A stretch of DNA of 64,000 nt, taken from NCBI GenBank assembly GCA_018261895.1, contig JAGTRT010000005.1, positions 18,353 through 82,352 on the forward strand, given 5' to 3'. Positions 40,821-50,212 of the stretch are shown here, in pieces. Origin of the DNA: Pseudomonadota bacterium. GTDB lineage: Bacteria > Pseudomonadota > Gammaproteobacteria > Burkholderiales > Rhodocyclaceae. Under the pieces are notes generated by a model. The model did no database searches. It saw only the letters and a program-made list of their open reading frames with translations, and was not told the DNA's origin. The translations under genes were made by a program, and so were the position numbers. The number at the start of each line of letters is the position of its first letter. The stretch's first letter is position 1.

Positions 40821-41222
40821 ATGTTTGATCCGGTCATCAGCAGCCTGCCGGCCTTTGCCGGATACTTTGCGACGGCGCTCGGTTTGCTGGCTGTCTTTCT
40901 CGTGCTGTATGTGTTTGTCACACCCTATAACGAGCTGGCGCTGATCCGCGAGGGCAACATTGCCGCGGCTGTCAGCCTGGCCGGGGCCATCGTCGGCTAT
41001 GCTCTGCCCATCGCTGTTTCCGTCGCTACCAGCCACAACATCAGCGCGATGATCGGCTGGGGCGTGGTCGCCTGCATCGTCCAGCTGATGGCCTACATCG
41101 CGGCCCGCCTGGCCTTGCCGCAGATCAATCTCAACATCCCGCAGGGCAAGGTCGCCTCCGGGATATTCCTCGCTTCGCTATCCCTCGGCATCGGCATTCT
41201 CAATGCCGGCTGCATTGCCTGA
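40821..41222 (+). CDS. DUF350 (YjfL-like) membrane protein
   Basis: TPYNELALIREGNIAAA; 4 TM helices. Confidence 0.85.
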   Translation: MFDPVISSLPAFAGYFATALGLLAVFLVLYVFVTPYNELALIREGNIAAAVSLAGAIVGYALPIAVSVATSHNISAMIGWGVVACIVQLMAYIAARLALPQINLNIPQGKVASGIFLASLSLGIGILNAGCIA

Positions 41223-41240
41223 TCACACAAGGAGACACTC

Positions 41241-42254
41241 ATGGCGCTGATGGACTTCATCAAGAAACAGTTTATCGACATCCTGCAATGGACCGAGGAT
41301 GGCGACGGTACCCTGGCCTGGCGTTTCCCGATGGCGGAAATGGAAATCCAGAACGGTGCGAGCCTGACCGTACGCGACTCGCAGATGGCCCTGTTCGTCA
41401 ACGAAGGCACCGTGGCCGATGCTTTCGGTCCGGGCATGTACAAGCTGACGACGCAGACCCTGCCGGTCCTGACCTACCTGAAGAACTGGGACAAGCTCTT
41501 CGAGTCCCCGTTCAAGTCCGACGTCTATTTCTTCTCGACCCGTACCCAGCTCGACCAGAAGTGGGGAACACCCAACCCGATCACCATCCGCGACAAGGAG
41601 TTCGGCATCGTCCGGATGCGTGCTTTCGGAATCTACTCCTACCACCTGACCGATCCGAAGGCCTTCTACCAGAAGATTTCCGGTACCCGCGATGTCTATT
41701 CGCGCGAGGAACTGGAAGGTCAGTTGCGCAACACCATCGTCGCCGGCATGACCGACCTGTTCGGCGAGGCGGGCGGTTCCTTCGTGGACATGGCTGCCAA
41801 TCAGGACGAGTTCGGTCAGGCCATGATGCACAAGATGCAGCCCATGTTTGCCGAATACGGCCTGTCGCTCGATACCCTGGTGGTGCAGAACGTGTCGCTG
41901 CCGGAAGAGTTGCAGAAGATACTCGACCAGAAGATCGGCATGAACATGATCGGCGACATGCAGCGCTTTACGCAGTACCAGGTTGCCAACAGCATTCCGG
42001 ATGCCGCCAAGAACGAAGGTGGTCTGGCAGCGATGGGGGTCGGCCTGGGGGCCGGCGTCGGTTTCGGACAGGTGGTCGGGCAGGCGATGGGGGCGGCCAT
42101 GCAGCCGGGCGGCGCTGCGCCGGTAGCGGCAGCGATGTCGGCTGACGAGGTGGTGGCGACGCTGGAAAAGCTCCACGGGCTGGTCGAAAAAGGCATTCTG
42201 AGCCAGGCTGAATTTGATGCCAAAAAAGCGGAATTGCTCAAAAAACTAAGTTGA
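41241..42254 (+). CDS. SPFH/band-7-like protein (YdjI-type) with C-terminal SHOCT domain
   Basis: FESPFKSDVYF, KWGTPNPI; ends LEKL..L.EKGILSQAEFDAKKAELL. Confidence 0.85.
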   Translation: MALMDFIKKQFIDILQWTEDGDGTLAWRFPMAEMEIQNGASLTVRDSQMALFVNEGTVADAFGPGMYKLTTQTLPVLTYLKNWDKLFESPFKSDVYFFSTRTQLDQKWGTPNPITIRDKEFGIVRMRAFGIYSYHLTDPKAFYQKISGTRDVYSREELEGQLRNTIVAGMTDLFGEAGGSFVDMAANQDEFGQAMMHKMQPMFAEYGLSLDTLVVQNVSLPEELQKILDQKIGMNMIGDMQRFTQYQVANSIPDAAKNEGGLAAMGVGLGAGVGFGQVVGQAMGAAMQPGGAAPVAAAMSADEVVATLEKLHGLVEKGILSQAEFDAKKAELLKKLS

Positions 42255-42264
42255 CCGTAGCAAC

Positions 42265-44193
42265 GTGGCGGTCAGTGCGCTATGCCCTTCCTGCGGGGCG
42301 CCGGTTGTCTTCAAATCGGCGTCCTCGGTCTTTGCCGTCTGTGAATACTGCCAGAGCACGCTGGTTCGTCACGACCAGGATCTCGAAGACATCGGCAAGA
42401 TGGCGGCGCTGGTCGAGGACCGCTCGCCGCTGCAGCTCGGCGCGGAAGGCAGTTACAAGGGCGTTCATTTCGCCCTGATCGGGCGCATCCAGATCAAGTA
42501 CAGCCAGGGCTACTGGAACGAGTGGCACCTGCTGTTCGATGACATGCGTACCGGCTGGCTGTCGGAGGCCGCGGGTGAGTATGTGCTTACCTTCATGGAG
42601 CAGGTCCAGGAGCCGCTGCCGGGCTTCGATAACCTGAAGATCGGTCAGCGCCTTGCGCTGGCCAGCCAGACCTGGACGGTCAGCAACATCGAAAACGCCG
42701 AATGCGTGGCCGGCCAGGGCGAGTTGCCCTTCAAGGTCGGCGCCGGCTATCCGGTGGCTGCGGTCGACCTCCGGAATCAGCGCAATTTTGCCACGCTGGA
42801 TTATTCGGAAACGCCGCCCTTGCTGTTTGTCGGCGAGGCCGTCGATTTCCGCTCTCTCAAGATGAGCAATCTGCGCGATGGCATGACGGTGGAAGCAAAG
42901 ACCGTCGAAGCCCGTGTTTTTCGCTGTCCGAGTTGCGGTTCGCCGATGTCGGCGCGCTCGCGGGAAATTCTGGCCGTAGGCTGTGCCTCCTGCGGTGCGG
43001 TTGTCGATGCGGCGGACCAGAACTACAAGCTTCTGTCGAAGTCACTGGGTATGCGCGACGATCAATACGCGGCGCGCCTGCCCCTGGGGAGCAAGGGGCG
43101 CCTCGACGGCAAGCCGGTCGAAGTCATCGGTTTTCTCGTCAAGCGTTGCGTGGCGGATGGCCAGTTTTACAACTGGAGCGAGTATCTGTTGGCCGGCGAG
43201 AACGGGACCTACCGCTGGCTGACGGAGTACAACGGCCACTGGAACGTCGTCGACGTGCTGTCCAATCCGCCCGCCAAGGGCATCATCGAAGTCGACAGCG
43301 TCCGCTTCGGCGAACAGGTATTCAAGCATTTCACCAGCACGCAAAGCGTCGAGGTGATTCAGGTCGCGGGCGAATTCACCTGGCGGGTGCGGCGGGGCGA
43401 AACCAATCGCGTCGTCGATTACGTGGCGCCACCGCTCATGCTTTCCTGTGAATCGACGGGCAACGATCTGACCTGGTCGAAAGGAAGTTACGTCGAACCC
43501 CAGGTCATTTCGGAAGCCTTCAATCTGAAGGGCGACCTGATCCGGCCGCTGGGCGTTTTTGCCAATCAGCCCAATCCCTGGGGGGAGACCAATCGCCGCA
43601 TCTGGTCATTGTTCGGCAAGCTGGCCCTGGGGGCCATCCTGCTCCAGGCTTTTTTCGTCTTCTTTTCCAGCGGCAAATTGCTGCTGCGTCAGGATTTGGT
43701 CTTTGAGCCTTTCCGTGGCGACGAGGTGCAGACGCGCGAGTTTGTGATCACCGGCAAGCCGCGCAAGATTGCAGTCAAGAATGCCACATCGCTCGACAAC
43801 AACTGGATCGGGCTCGACATATTGCTCGTCAACAAGGAAACGGCGCAGGCGTGGCCGGCGGCCCGCGAGTTGTCGTTTTACAGTGGCTACGATGACGGGC
43901 GGTGGACCGAGGGCAGCCAGAGCGACGAAATCGTCTTCCAGAACATCCCGGCGGGCACCTATTACCTCACGCTCGATCCCGACATGGCGCCCGAAAAGCC
44001 CGTTGCCGTGCGCGATACGCTCGAAGTGCACGTAGCCGGCGCCGGCTGGTCGAATTTCGTGCTGGTCATGATCTTCCTTATCGCCTTTCCGATCTTCAGC
44101 GCGATGCGCCATGCGGCGTTCGAGGCTCGCCGCTGGGCTGAAAGCGATCATGCGCCGGTCAGCAGCGATGATTCCAGTGGAGACGACGACTGA
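42265..44193 (+). CDS. DUF4178 domain protein with zinc-ribbon motifs and TM segments
   Basis: CPSCGA/CEYC and CPSCGS/CASC pairs; repeated W.E(W/Y) and GE(L/F) motifs. Confidence 0.8.
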   Translation: MAVSALCPSCGAPVVFKSASSVFAVCEYCQSTLVRHDQDLEDIGKMAALVEDRSPLQLGAEGSYKGVHFALIGRIQIKYSQGYWNEWHLLFDDMRTGWLSEAAGEYVLTFMEQVQEPLPGFDNLKIGQRLALASQTWTVSNIENAECVAGQGELPFKVGAGYPVAAVDLRNQRNFATLDYSETPPLLFVGEAVDFRSLKMSNLRDGMTVEAKTVEARVFRCPSCGSPMSARSREILAVGCASCGAVVDAADQNYKLLSKSLGMRDDQYAARLPLGSKGRLDGKPVEVIGFLVKRCVADGQFYNWSEYLLAGENGTYRWLTEYNGHWNVVDVLSNPPAKGIIEVDSVRFGEQVFKHFTSTQSVEVIQVAGEFTWRVRRGETNRVVDYVAPPLMLSCESTGNDLTWSKGSYVEPQVISEAFNLKGDLIRPLGVFANQPNPWGETNRRIWSLFGKLALGAILLQAFFVFFSSGKLLLRQDLVFEPFRGDEVQTREFVITGKPRKIAVKNATSLDNNWIGLDILLVNKETAQAWPAARELSFYSGYDDGRWTEGSQSDEIVFQNIPAGTYYLTLDPDMAPEKPVAVRDTLEVHVAGAGWSNFVLVMIFLIAFPIFSAMRHAAFEARRWAESDHAPVSSDDSSGDDD

Positions 44194-44336
44194 TGTTCGG
44201 CAAGTTTTCCTTCGTCAGCGGCGTGTTTGCCATCATGCTCTTTGCCTATGCCCAGCTGCAGGGCTGGAACATGTTCGATACGGTGGCCAATTCGAGCCAT
44301 GGCGGTTCCGGCAGCAGCCGGACCTACCACAAGTAG
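44193..44336 (+). CDS. 47-aa small membrane or secreted protein (not in the ORF track)
   Basis: ATG overlaps the upstream TGA (TGATG). Translation MFGKFSFVSGVFAIMLFAYAQLQGWNMFDTVANSSHGGSGSSRTYHK*. Confidence 0.7.
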   Translation: MFGKFSFVSGVFAIMLFAYAQLQGWNMFDTVANSSHGGSGSSRTYHK

Positions 44337-44337
44337 A

Positions 44338-44994
44338 TCAGTCCCCGCCGCCGCCACAACCGCCGCCACATCCGCTGCCATCGGCAGAACCCGAGTCGCC
44401 GCCGCATCCACTGCCTCCTCCGCCGCAACCAATGTGGCTGGCGCAGTAGCCGCCATCGGCGCCGCCGTTGCGGGCGGCCATGCAATCCAGGTGGTAGACG
44501 AAGCCGCCGGCGAGGCCGAGCGCCGCGTCGAGCGCGAACAGCCGGGGCAGTCGCTCCGGCGCTTTCGGGTTGATCTTTTCGAGTGCGCAGGCCAGTCGCC
44601 AGGCCCGCTTGATGCCGTCCGACGCCTGGGTCGGGGAACTCATCGCTTCGGCCGGAGTGTGATGCAGGAAGCGGCCAAAGGCCTGGCGGCAGAAGGTATC
44701 GTAGTGCCGGGTGAACAGGATGAACTCGTGCCAGGCATCGTCGACGGCCTGGGACGGCATGGCGACCATGCGGCGGCCGGCCATGCGGCAGATCTGGAAG
44801 TAGTCGATCAATGCCGCGAAGACCTGGGCGCGCTGTTCGGTCGTCAGCTCGGGCCGACGCGCTGCCAGTCGCTTGTCGAGGAAGCGTTCGTAGGGGTAAC
44901 GGCCGATGTAGCCGGCGCGATGCTGCACGGCCCATTGCCGCCAGAGGAAGGCGGCCAGCAGGGCCAGCAGCAGGACGATAATGATTTTGCCCAT
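44338..44994 (-). CDS. Glycine-rich-domain protein with Gly/Cys-rich tail
   Basis: PSQAVDDAWHEFILFTRHY..FC...FLHHTP; tail GCGGGCGGGGD. Confidence 0.75.
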   Translation of the reverse strand: MGKIIIVLLLALLAAFLWRQWAVQHRAGYIGRYPYERFLDKRLAARRPELTTEQRAQVFAALIDYFQICRMAGRRMVAMPSQAVDDAWHEFILFTRHYDTFCRQAFGRFLHHTPAEAMSSPTQASDGIKRAWRLACALEKINPKAPERLPRLFALDAALGLAGGFVYHLDCMAARNGGADGGYCASHIGCGGGGSGCGGDSGSADGSGCGGGCGGGGD

Positions 44995-44997
44995 GGC

Positions 44998-46452
44998 TTA
45001 GCTGTTGATGTCGAAGCAGAGGTACTTGATTTCCAGGTAGTCCTCGATGCCGTATTTCGAGCCTTCGCGCCCCAGACCGGATTGCTTGATGCCGCCGAAG
45101 GGCGCCACTTCGTTCGAGATCATGCCGGTGTTGATGCCGACCATGCCGTATTCGAGTGCTTCGCCCACGCGCCAGCAACGACCGACGTTGCGGCTGAAGA
45201 AGTAGGCGGCCAGCCCGAATTCGGTGTCGTTGGCCATGGCGATGGCCTCGGCCTCGGTATCGAAGCGGAAGAGCGGGGCGACGGGGCCGAAGGTTTCCTC
45301 GCGCGCCACCTTCATGTCCGTGGTGACATCGGCCAGCACGGTGGGCTGGTAGAAGTTGCCGCCGCGCTCGTGGCGGGCACCGCCGCAGAGTACGCGGGCG
45401 CCCTTTGCCAGCGCGTCGGCGACGTGGGATTCGACCTTGCCGAGGCCGGCCGCATTGATCAGCGGACCTTGTGTAACGCCAGCTTCCGTGCCGTCGCCGA
45501 CCTTGAGCGTGCGCACTTTCTCGGCAAACTTGGCGGCGAATTCGTCGTAAATGCCTGACTGGACCAAAAAGCGGTTGGCGCACACGCAGGTCTGGCCCGT
45601 GTTCCGATACTTGGCTGCCAGGGCACCTTCGACGGCGACGTTGACGTCCGCATCGTCGAACACGATGAAGGGAGCATTGCCGCCGAGTTCCAGCGACAGC
45701 TTCTTGATGGTCGGCGCGCATTGGGCCATGAGCAGCCGGCCGACGCCGGTCGATCCGGTGAACGACAGTTTGCGGACGATGGGATTGGCGCACAATTCGC
45801 CGCCGATCTCGGCCGGTTTTCCGGTGACGACATTGAAAACGCCGGGCGGGAAGCCGGCCTGTTCGGCCAGTACGGCGAGCGCCAGCGCGCTGAGCGGCGT
45901 CGCTTCGGCCGGTTTGATGACGACGGGGCAGCCCGCGGCAAGCGCCGGCGCCACCTTGCGGGTGATCATGGCAATGGGGAAATTCCAGGGCGTGATGGCC
46001 GCGCAGACGCCAATCGGCTGTTTGACGACGAGCAGGCGGGTATTCGACGCCGGGCTGGGAATGCTTTCGCCGTAGGTGCGCTTGCCTTCTTCGGCAAACC
46101 ACTCGACGAAGGACGCGCCGTAGATCACTTCGCCCTTGGCCTCGGTCAATGGCTTGCCGCATTCGGCCGTGGCGATCTGCGCGAGGTCGCTGGCGTTGTC
46201 GAGGATCAGGCGGTTCCAGGCTTGCAGGATCTGGGCGCGGCGCCGGGCCGTGAGGGCGCGCCAGGCGGGCCAGGCGGCGTTGGCGGCCTCGATGGCCCGC
46301 CGCGTTTCGGCCGCGCCGCAGAGCGGCACCTCGGCAATCTTTTCACCAGTCGCCGGGTTGAGCACGGCGAAGGTCGCGCCATCGTCAGCAACATTCCAAA
46401 TTTGGCCATTTTTTCCGGTTGACCGTAACAAGTCCGGATTGAGAAGTTCCAT
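44998..46452 (-). CDS. gabD: NAD(P)-dependent succinate-semialdehyde dehydrogenase
   Basis: ITPWNFP, SFTGST, LELGGNAP, GQTCVCAN, EETFGP. Confidence 0.92.
   Translation of the reverse strand: MELLNPDLLRSTGKNGQIWNVADDGATFAVLNPATGEKIAEVPLCGAAETRRAIEAANAAWPAWRALTARRRAQILQAWNRLILDNASDLAQIATAECGKPLTEAKGEVIYGASFVEWFAEEGKRTYGESIPSPASNTRLLVVKQPIGVCAAITPWNFPIAMITRKVAPALAAGCPVVIKPAEATPLSALALAVLAEQAGFPPGVFNVVTGKPAEIGGELCANPIVRKLSFTGSTGVGRLLMAQCAPTIKKLSLELGGNAPFIVFDDADVNVAVEGALAAKYRNTGQTCVCANRFLVQSGIYDEFAAKFAEKVRTLKVGDGTEAGVTQGPLINAAGLGKVESHVADALAKGARVLCGGARHERGGNFYQPTVLADVTTDMKVAREETFGPVAPLFRFDTEAEAIAMANDTEFGLAAYFFSRNVGRCWRVGEALEYGMVGINTGMISNEVAPFGGIKQSGLGREGSKYGIEDYLEIKYLCFDINS
46393..46426 (-). repeat. 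Dispersed 34-bp motif, copy 6 (inside the 5' end of gabD, sense)
   Basis: Reverse complement reads ACGGTCAACCGG AAAAAA TGGCC AAATTT GGAAT. Confidence 0.9.
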
Positions 46453-46515
46453 GGTCTTGATAATTCCTGTAGAAACGCTAAGTTAGCGATTGTTTCAAGA
46501 AAGAGCCTGAGCCTG

Positions 46516-47016
46516 ATGCGCCTCCCGACCCTGTTGCTCTCCATTGTCCTGGCCCTGTTGCTGGGCGCCTGCGGCAGCCCCGCGCTGCGCTCCGGGTCGT
46601 CGCCGGAAACTATATCGCAAGGCTCGCGTCCGGTCAGCGAAAAGGGCTATGAAGTCGTTTTTTATGCCATGGGCCTGATCGACACCGGCTACCGTTTTGG
46701 CGGCAAGAATCCCGAGGCCGGGCTCGATTGCAGCGGCATGGTCAGCTACATCTACGACCGCGCCGCCGGGCTGAAGGTCCAGGGCAGTGCCGCCGAGATC
46801 GCCCGCAACGGCCGTCCGATCGATCGCGCCGAACTGCGGCCAGGCGATCTCGTCTTCTTTAACACCATGAACCGTTCGTTCTCGCATGTCGGGATCTTCA
46901 TCGGCGATGCCCGCTTCATTCATGCGCCTTCGACAAATGGTCGAGTCCGCATCGACCGCCTCAGCGACAGCTATTACGCCACCCGTTTCGAGGCGGCGCG
47001 CACCTTCTTCGACTGA
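46516..47016 (+). CDS. NlpC/P60 (C40) peptidase lipoprotein
   Basis: Lipobox LGAC, GLDCSG, PGDLVFF, HVGI, FIHAPS. Confidence 0.92.
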   Translation: MRLPTLLLSIVLALLLGACGSPALRSGSSPETISQGSRPVSEKGYEVVFYAMGLIDTGYRFGGKNPEAGLDCSGMVSYIYDRAAGLKVQGSAAEIARNGRPIDRAELRPGDLVFFNTMNRSFSHVGIFIGDARFIHAPSTNGRVRIDRLSDSYYATRFEAARTFFD

Positions 47017-47883
47017 TCAGGTGTTGCCGACGGATTCGATGGCGGCGGCCACGCAGTGACGAAGCTCGTCCAGATCGTCGCCTGAGACGCCCAGGAAAGC
47101 CAGCGCCCGCCTGAACAGATCGTCGCCGACCTCGATGTCGTCATCCAGCGCCTCGCCGAGCAGACGTTCGGCGACATGGGTCACGGCAATCAGGGAAAGT
47201 GCTCCGCCCGGCAGGGTCGAGTCGGGCAGGTCGTAGGCATCATCCTCGTGATGAAAACGGATGGCCTGGCCGAGCAGGGGCGGCAGGCCCCAGTTGCGCA
47301 CCAGCAAGGCGCCGACAATGCTGTGGGTCGTCGGGAAAAACTCCTCCTCGGCGACATGCAGCATGACCCCATTCAAACGGCAGTCATCGAGAAGTTGGCC
47401 ATAGTTCGGAAAGCGCCGCATCATCAGCGGAATCGCGGCATCGTGAAACAGGGTGTAGGTGTAGGCCGCATCGGCGGATATGCCGTACTGGCGCCGGGCA
47501 ATCATGCTGGCAGCAAGGGCCAGGATCGTGATCCGTTTCCAGAAGGTCTCGACCCAGGCCGCCGGCAGGCCCGAGGCACTGGCGCGCAGTGCCGAGGCGA
47601 TGGCCACACAGGCCACATTCTTGGTGCCCAGTCGTTCCACCGCCTTGCGTACGCTGGAAACTGCGCTGCTACTGCCAAACAGCGGCGAATTGGCCAGTTT
47701 CAGCGCGGCGGCCGACATGCCGGGGTCGTTGGTGATGATTTCAGCCAGCCGGCTCAGGTTGGGCTCGTCCTTCTGAGCCTCTTTCATGACATCGCTCACC
47801 ACGCCAGGGCAGCTCGGGATGTCGATGGTGCTCAGTACCTTTTCGAGGTCTTGCGGGGAGAGGTCGTAGTTGTTCTGTGTCAT
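47017..47883 (-). CDS. HDOD domain protein
   Basis: DPGMSAAALKLANSP, LFHD, H..VGALLVRNWGLP. Confidence 0.85.
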   Translation of the reverse strand: MTQNNYDLSPQDLEKVLSTIDIPSCPGVVSDVMKEAQKDEPNLSRLAEIITNDPGMSAAALKLANSPLFGSSSAVSSVRKAVERLGTKNVACVAIASALRASASGLPAAWVETFWKRITILALAASMIARRQYGISADAAYTYTLFHDAAIPLMMRRFPNYGQLLDDCRLNGVMLHVAEEEFFPTTHSIVGALLVRNWGLPPLLGQAIRFHHEDDAYDLPDSTLPGGALSLIAVTHVAERLLGEALDDDIEVGDDLFRRALAFLGVSGDDLDELRHCVAAAIESVGNT

Positions 47884-47989
47884 CGAATTATTTGATGATT
47901 TACGCAATATTGATAATTCGTTTGAGCTTAATCCCTTTTCCTGCATGGACGCAAGGCTTGCCTTGGGAGTAGAATGCCCCCCTCCCTTG

Positions 47990-48066
47990 GCGCCCGTAGC
48001 TCAGCTGGATAGAGTACTGCCCTCCGAAGGCAGGGGTCGGACGTTCGAATCGTCTCGGGCGCGCCA
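47990..48066 (+). tRNA. tRNA-Arg (CCG)
   Basis: GCGCCCG acceptor stem, anticodon arm CTGCC-CTCCGAA-GGCAG, GTTCGAATC T-loop, 3' CCA; TAGAAT -10 box upstream. Confidence 0.96.
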
Positions 48067-48073
48067 GAATCCG

Positions 48074-48105
48074 TGAAAAAGGCCACTTTCGAGTGGCCTT
48101 TTTCA
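48074..48105. terminator. Bidirectional rho-independent terminator
   Basis: TGAAAAAGGCCACT-ttcg-AGTGGCCTTTTTCA. Confidence 0.88.
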
Positions 48106-48122
48106 TTGTGCCGGCGGCGTTT

Positions 48123-49559
48123 TCAGGAAATTGAATTCGGCCCCTCGATCGGTAGCCAAATGCGGAAACAGGTGCCCTTGCCCAGCGTGCTGCGTACATC
48201 CATGCGGCCGCCGTGTTTCTTGACGATGATGTCGTAGGAAATCGACAGGCCGAGACCGGTGCCCTTGCCAACGGGCTTGGTCGTAAAGAAGGGCTCGAAT
48301 ATACGGTGCTGTACCTCTTCGGTCATGCCATGGCCGGTATCCTCGATTTCGAACCACACTTCCTTGTTGTCGACGCCCGAGCGCACGAAGATCTTGCCTT
48401 GCTGGTCGATGGCCTGCGCCGCGTTGACCAGCAGGTTCATGAATACCTGGTTGATCTGTGCCGGAACGCAGTCGACGGCTGGGATGTCGCCGAGTTCGCG
48501 AACGATTTCCGCCTTGTACTTGAGTTCGTTCCAGACCACGTTCAGGGTGCTTTCGATGGCGACATTCAGGTCTGCGTGCTGGTGTTCCGCCTGATCGACG
48601 TGCGAGAAGTCCTTGAGATCCTGAACGATCTTGGTCACCCGGCTGAGGCCATCCTGCGACTCGGCGACCAGGGAAGGCAGGTCGTCGCGCAGGAACTCAA
48701 GGTCGGCCGCCTTGCGGGCAGCCTCGACTTCCTGAGGGTTGCCGCCCTCGTAGGCGGCGATGACCGTCAGCAACTGGGAGACATAGCTCTTCAGTGTGCC
48801 CAGATTGGAGTTCACGAAGCCGATGGGGTTGTTGATTTCGTGGGCGACGCCCGCAGCTAACTGGCCAATGGCCGCCATCTTCTCGGATTGCAGCAACTGT
48901 TGCTGGGCTTCTTCCACCTTGCGCAGCAACTGGGTCAGCTCGTTCTGCTCCTTTTCCAACTGGGCGTTGGCCTTGGCCAATTCGCTGGTCCGCTGTTCGA
49001 CACGTTCTTCTAGGCTTTGGTTGATCCTGGCCAGGGTCTGGTTTTGGTCCGAAAGCAGCGCATAAAGTCGCGAAAGCGCATCGAGCAAAACCGCAGTGCC
49101 GGCATCCACGGATTTCTTCTCGACTTCATATGCGGCCTCGGCTTGTATGCCTCGGTCGAGACTGGCCATTTGGCGGGCCATTGCCTGGTCCTCGCCGAGA
49201 ATATGCACGGTCAGCCAGGAGGCGAGGAAACCATGCACGGCTTCGGCCGGTTTGTCGATGGCTGCCCTGGATTTCCAGAGCCCCACGAGCTGCTCCACAA
49301 ACTGCCGATGATGCCCGACGTGTTCGTCACGGTGACGGCGATCCACCGCTTTGTCGCTCATCATCTTTTCTTCGTCCGCAAAGTGATGGCGGGCGTATTC
49401 CGCGAGCTCATGGAACAATTTCTGCAAGCGTTCTTCCGTCACATCGCCAAGCAGGAGCTCGTTACCCAGCGTATTGACGGCATCGACCAGATGCTTGTGC
49501 TGAGCATCGACGAGGGGAATGCCGGTTTCAAAACGCGCATCCCAGATAAATGCATCCAT
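48123..49559 (-). CDS. Bacteriohemerythrin-fused histidine kinase
   Basis: W...FETGIPLVDAQH, HFADEE, H...H, HILGED, then AHEINNP H-box and GKGTGLGL. Confidence 0.9.
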   Translation of the reverse strand: MDAFIWDARFETGIPLVDAQHKHLVDAVNTLGNELLLGDVTEERLQKLFHELAEYARHHFADEEKMMSDKAVDRRHRDEHVGHHRQFVEQLVGLWKSRAAIDKPAEAVHGFLASWLTVHILGEDQAMARQMASLDRGIQAEAAYEVEKKSVDAGTAVLLDALSRLYALLSDQNQTLARINQSLEERVEQRTSELAKANAQLEKEQNELTQLLRKVEEAQQQLLQSEKMAAIGQLAAGVAHEINNPIGFVNSNLGTLKSYVSQLLTVIAAYEGGNPQEVEAARKAADLEFLRDDLPSLVAESQDGLSRVTKIVQDLKDFSHVDQAEHQHADLNVAIESTLNVVWNELKYKAEIVRELGDIPAVDCVPAQINQVFMNLLVNAAQAIDQQGKIFVRSGVDNKEVWFEIEDTGHGMTEEVQHRIFEPFFTTKPVGKGTGLGLSISYDIIVKKHGGRMDVRSTLGKGTCFRIWLPIEGPNSIS

Positions 49560-49645
49560 GTTTATTCCTCTAACGTCATGCTGCGTTTTCCCAAACCGGC
49601 TTCCGGCGCACTTGCAGTGCCGCCGCGAAAGGGAGCGTCAGGCTC

Positions 49646-50212
49646 TCAGGTTTTGCCTTGAAACTCGGGGTCGAGAACGACGGAGCCATCCGGTCCCCAA
49701 TTCACTTCCGTGATGCCGGGTTCGATTCGCTCCAGGCGCTCGGCCTCCAATTGTTCGGGCGTGATGTCGCCCATTTCCTGTCTGACCAGATTGGCCAGTT
49801 GACGGTTTTCCAGCATCAGGTCGCGGTGGGCCAACGCCTGGGCGATGGCCGACATCAAGTCGTAGTCGTTCCAGGGCTTGCCGATGAAGCGGTCAATGCC
49901 GACCTCGTTAACGGCCCGCACCAGGGCATTGAGATCGGCATATCCGGAAAGAATCAGGCGCGCCGCATCGGGCTGGATTGCCTTTGCCGCCTTGAGGAAC
50001 TCGATGCCATCCATGCCCGGCATGCGGTAATCGCTCATGAAAAGGTCAAATTCCTCGTTCTGGGCCGCTTCCAGTGCGGCCGCAGGGGAGTTGAACTCAC
50101 TGACCTCCAGCGAGTAATTCTTGTTGCCATAGCTGCACGGCGCAAGGCGCATGACCCGCTTCAGCGCTTTGAGGATGGATTCCTCATCGTCGACGATCAG
50201 GATTCGGCTCAT
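49646..50212 (-). CDS. Response regulator (REC domain with short tail)
   Basis: ILIVDDE, SDYRMP, KPW. Confidence 0.88.
   Translation of the reverse strand: MSRILIVDDEESILKALKRVMRLAPCSYGNKNYSLEVSEFNSPAAALEAAQNEEFDLFMSDYRMPGMDGIEFLKAAKAIQPDAARLILSGYADLNALVRAVNEVGIDRFIGKPWNDYDLMSAIAQALAHRDLMLENRQLANLVRQEMGDITPEQLEAERLERIEPGITEVNWGPDGSVVLDPEFQGKT

Noticed and set aside
46476-46488. Palindrome CGCTAA-G-TTAGCG between divergent gabD and NlpC/P60
   Set aside because: It is short and single-copy with no recognisable consensus, so I cannot distinguish it from chance.
47990-48122. tRNA-Arg as a possible integration site of an island or prophage
   Set aside because: No integrase and no duplicated tRNA 3' end were seen in the window, and the terminator follows directly.
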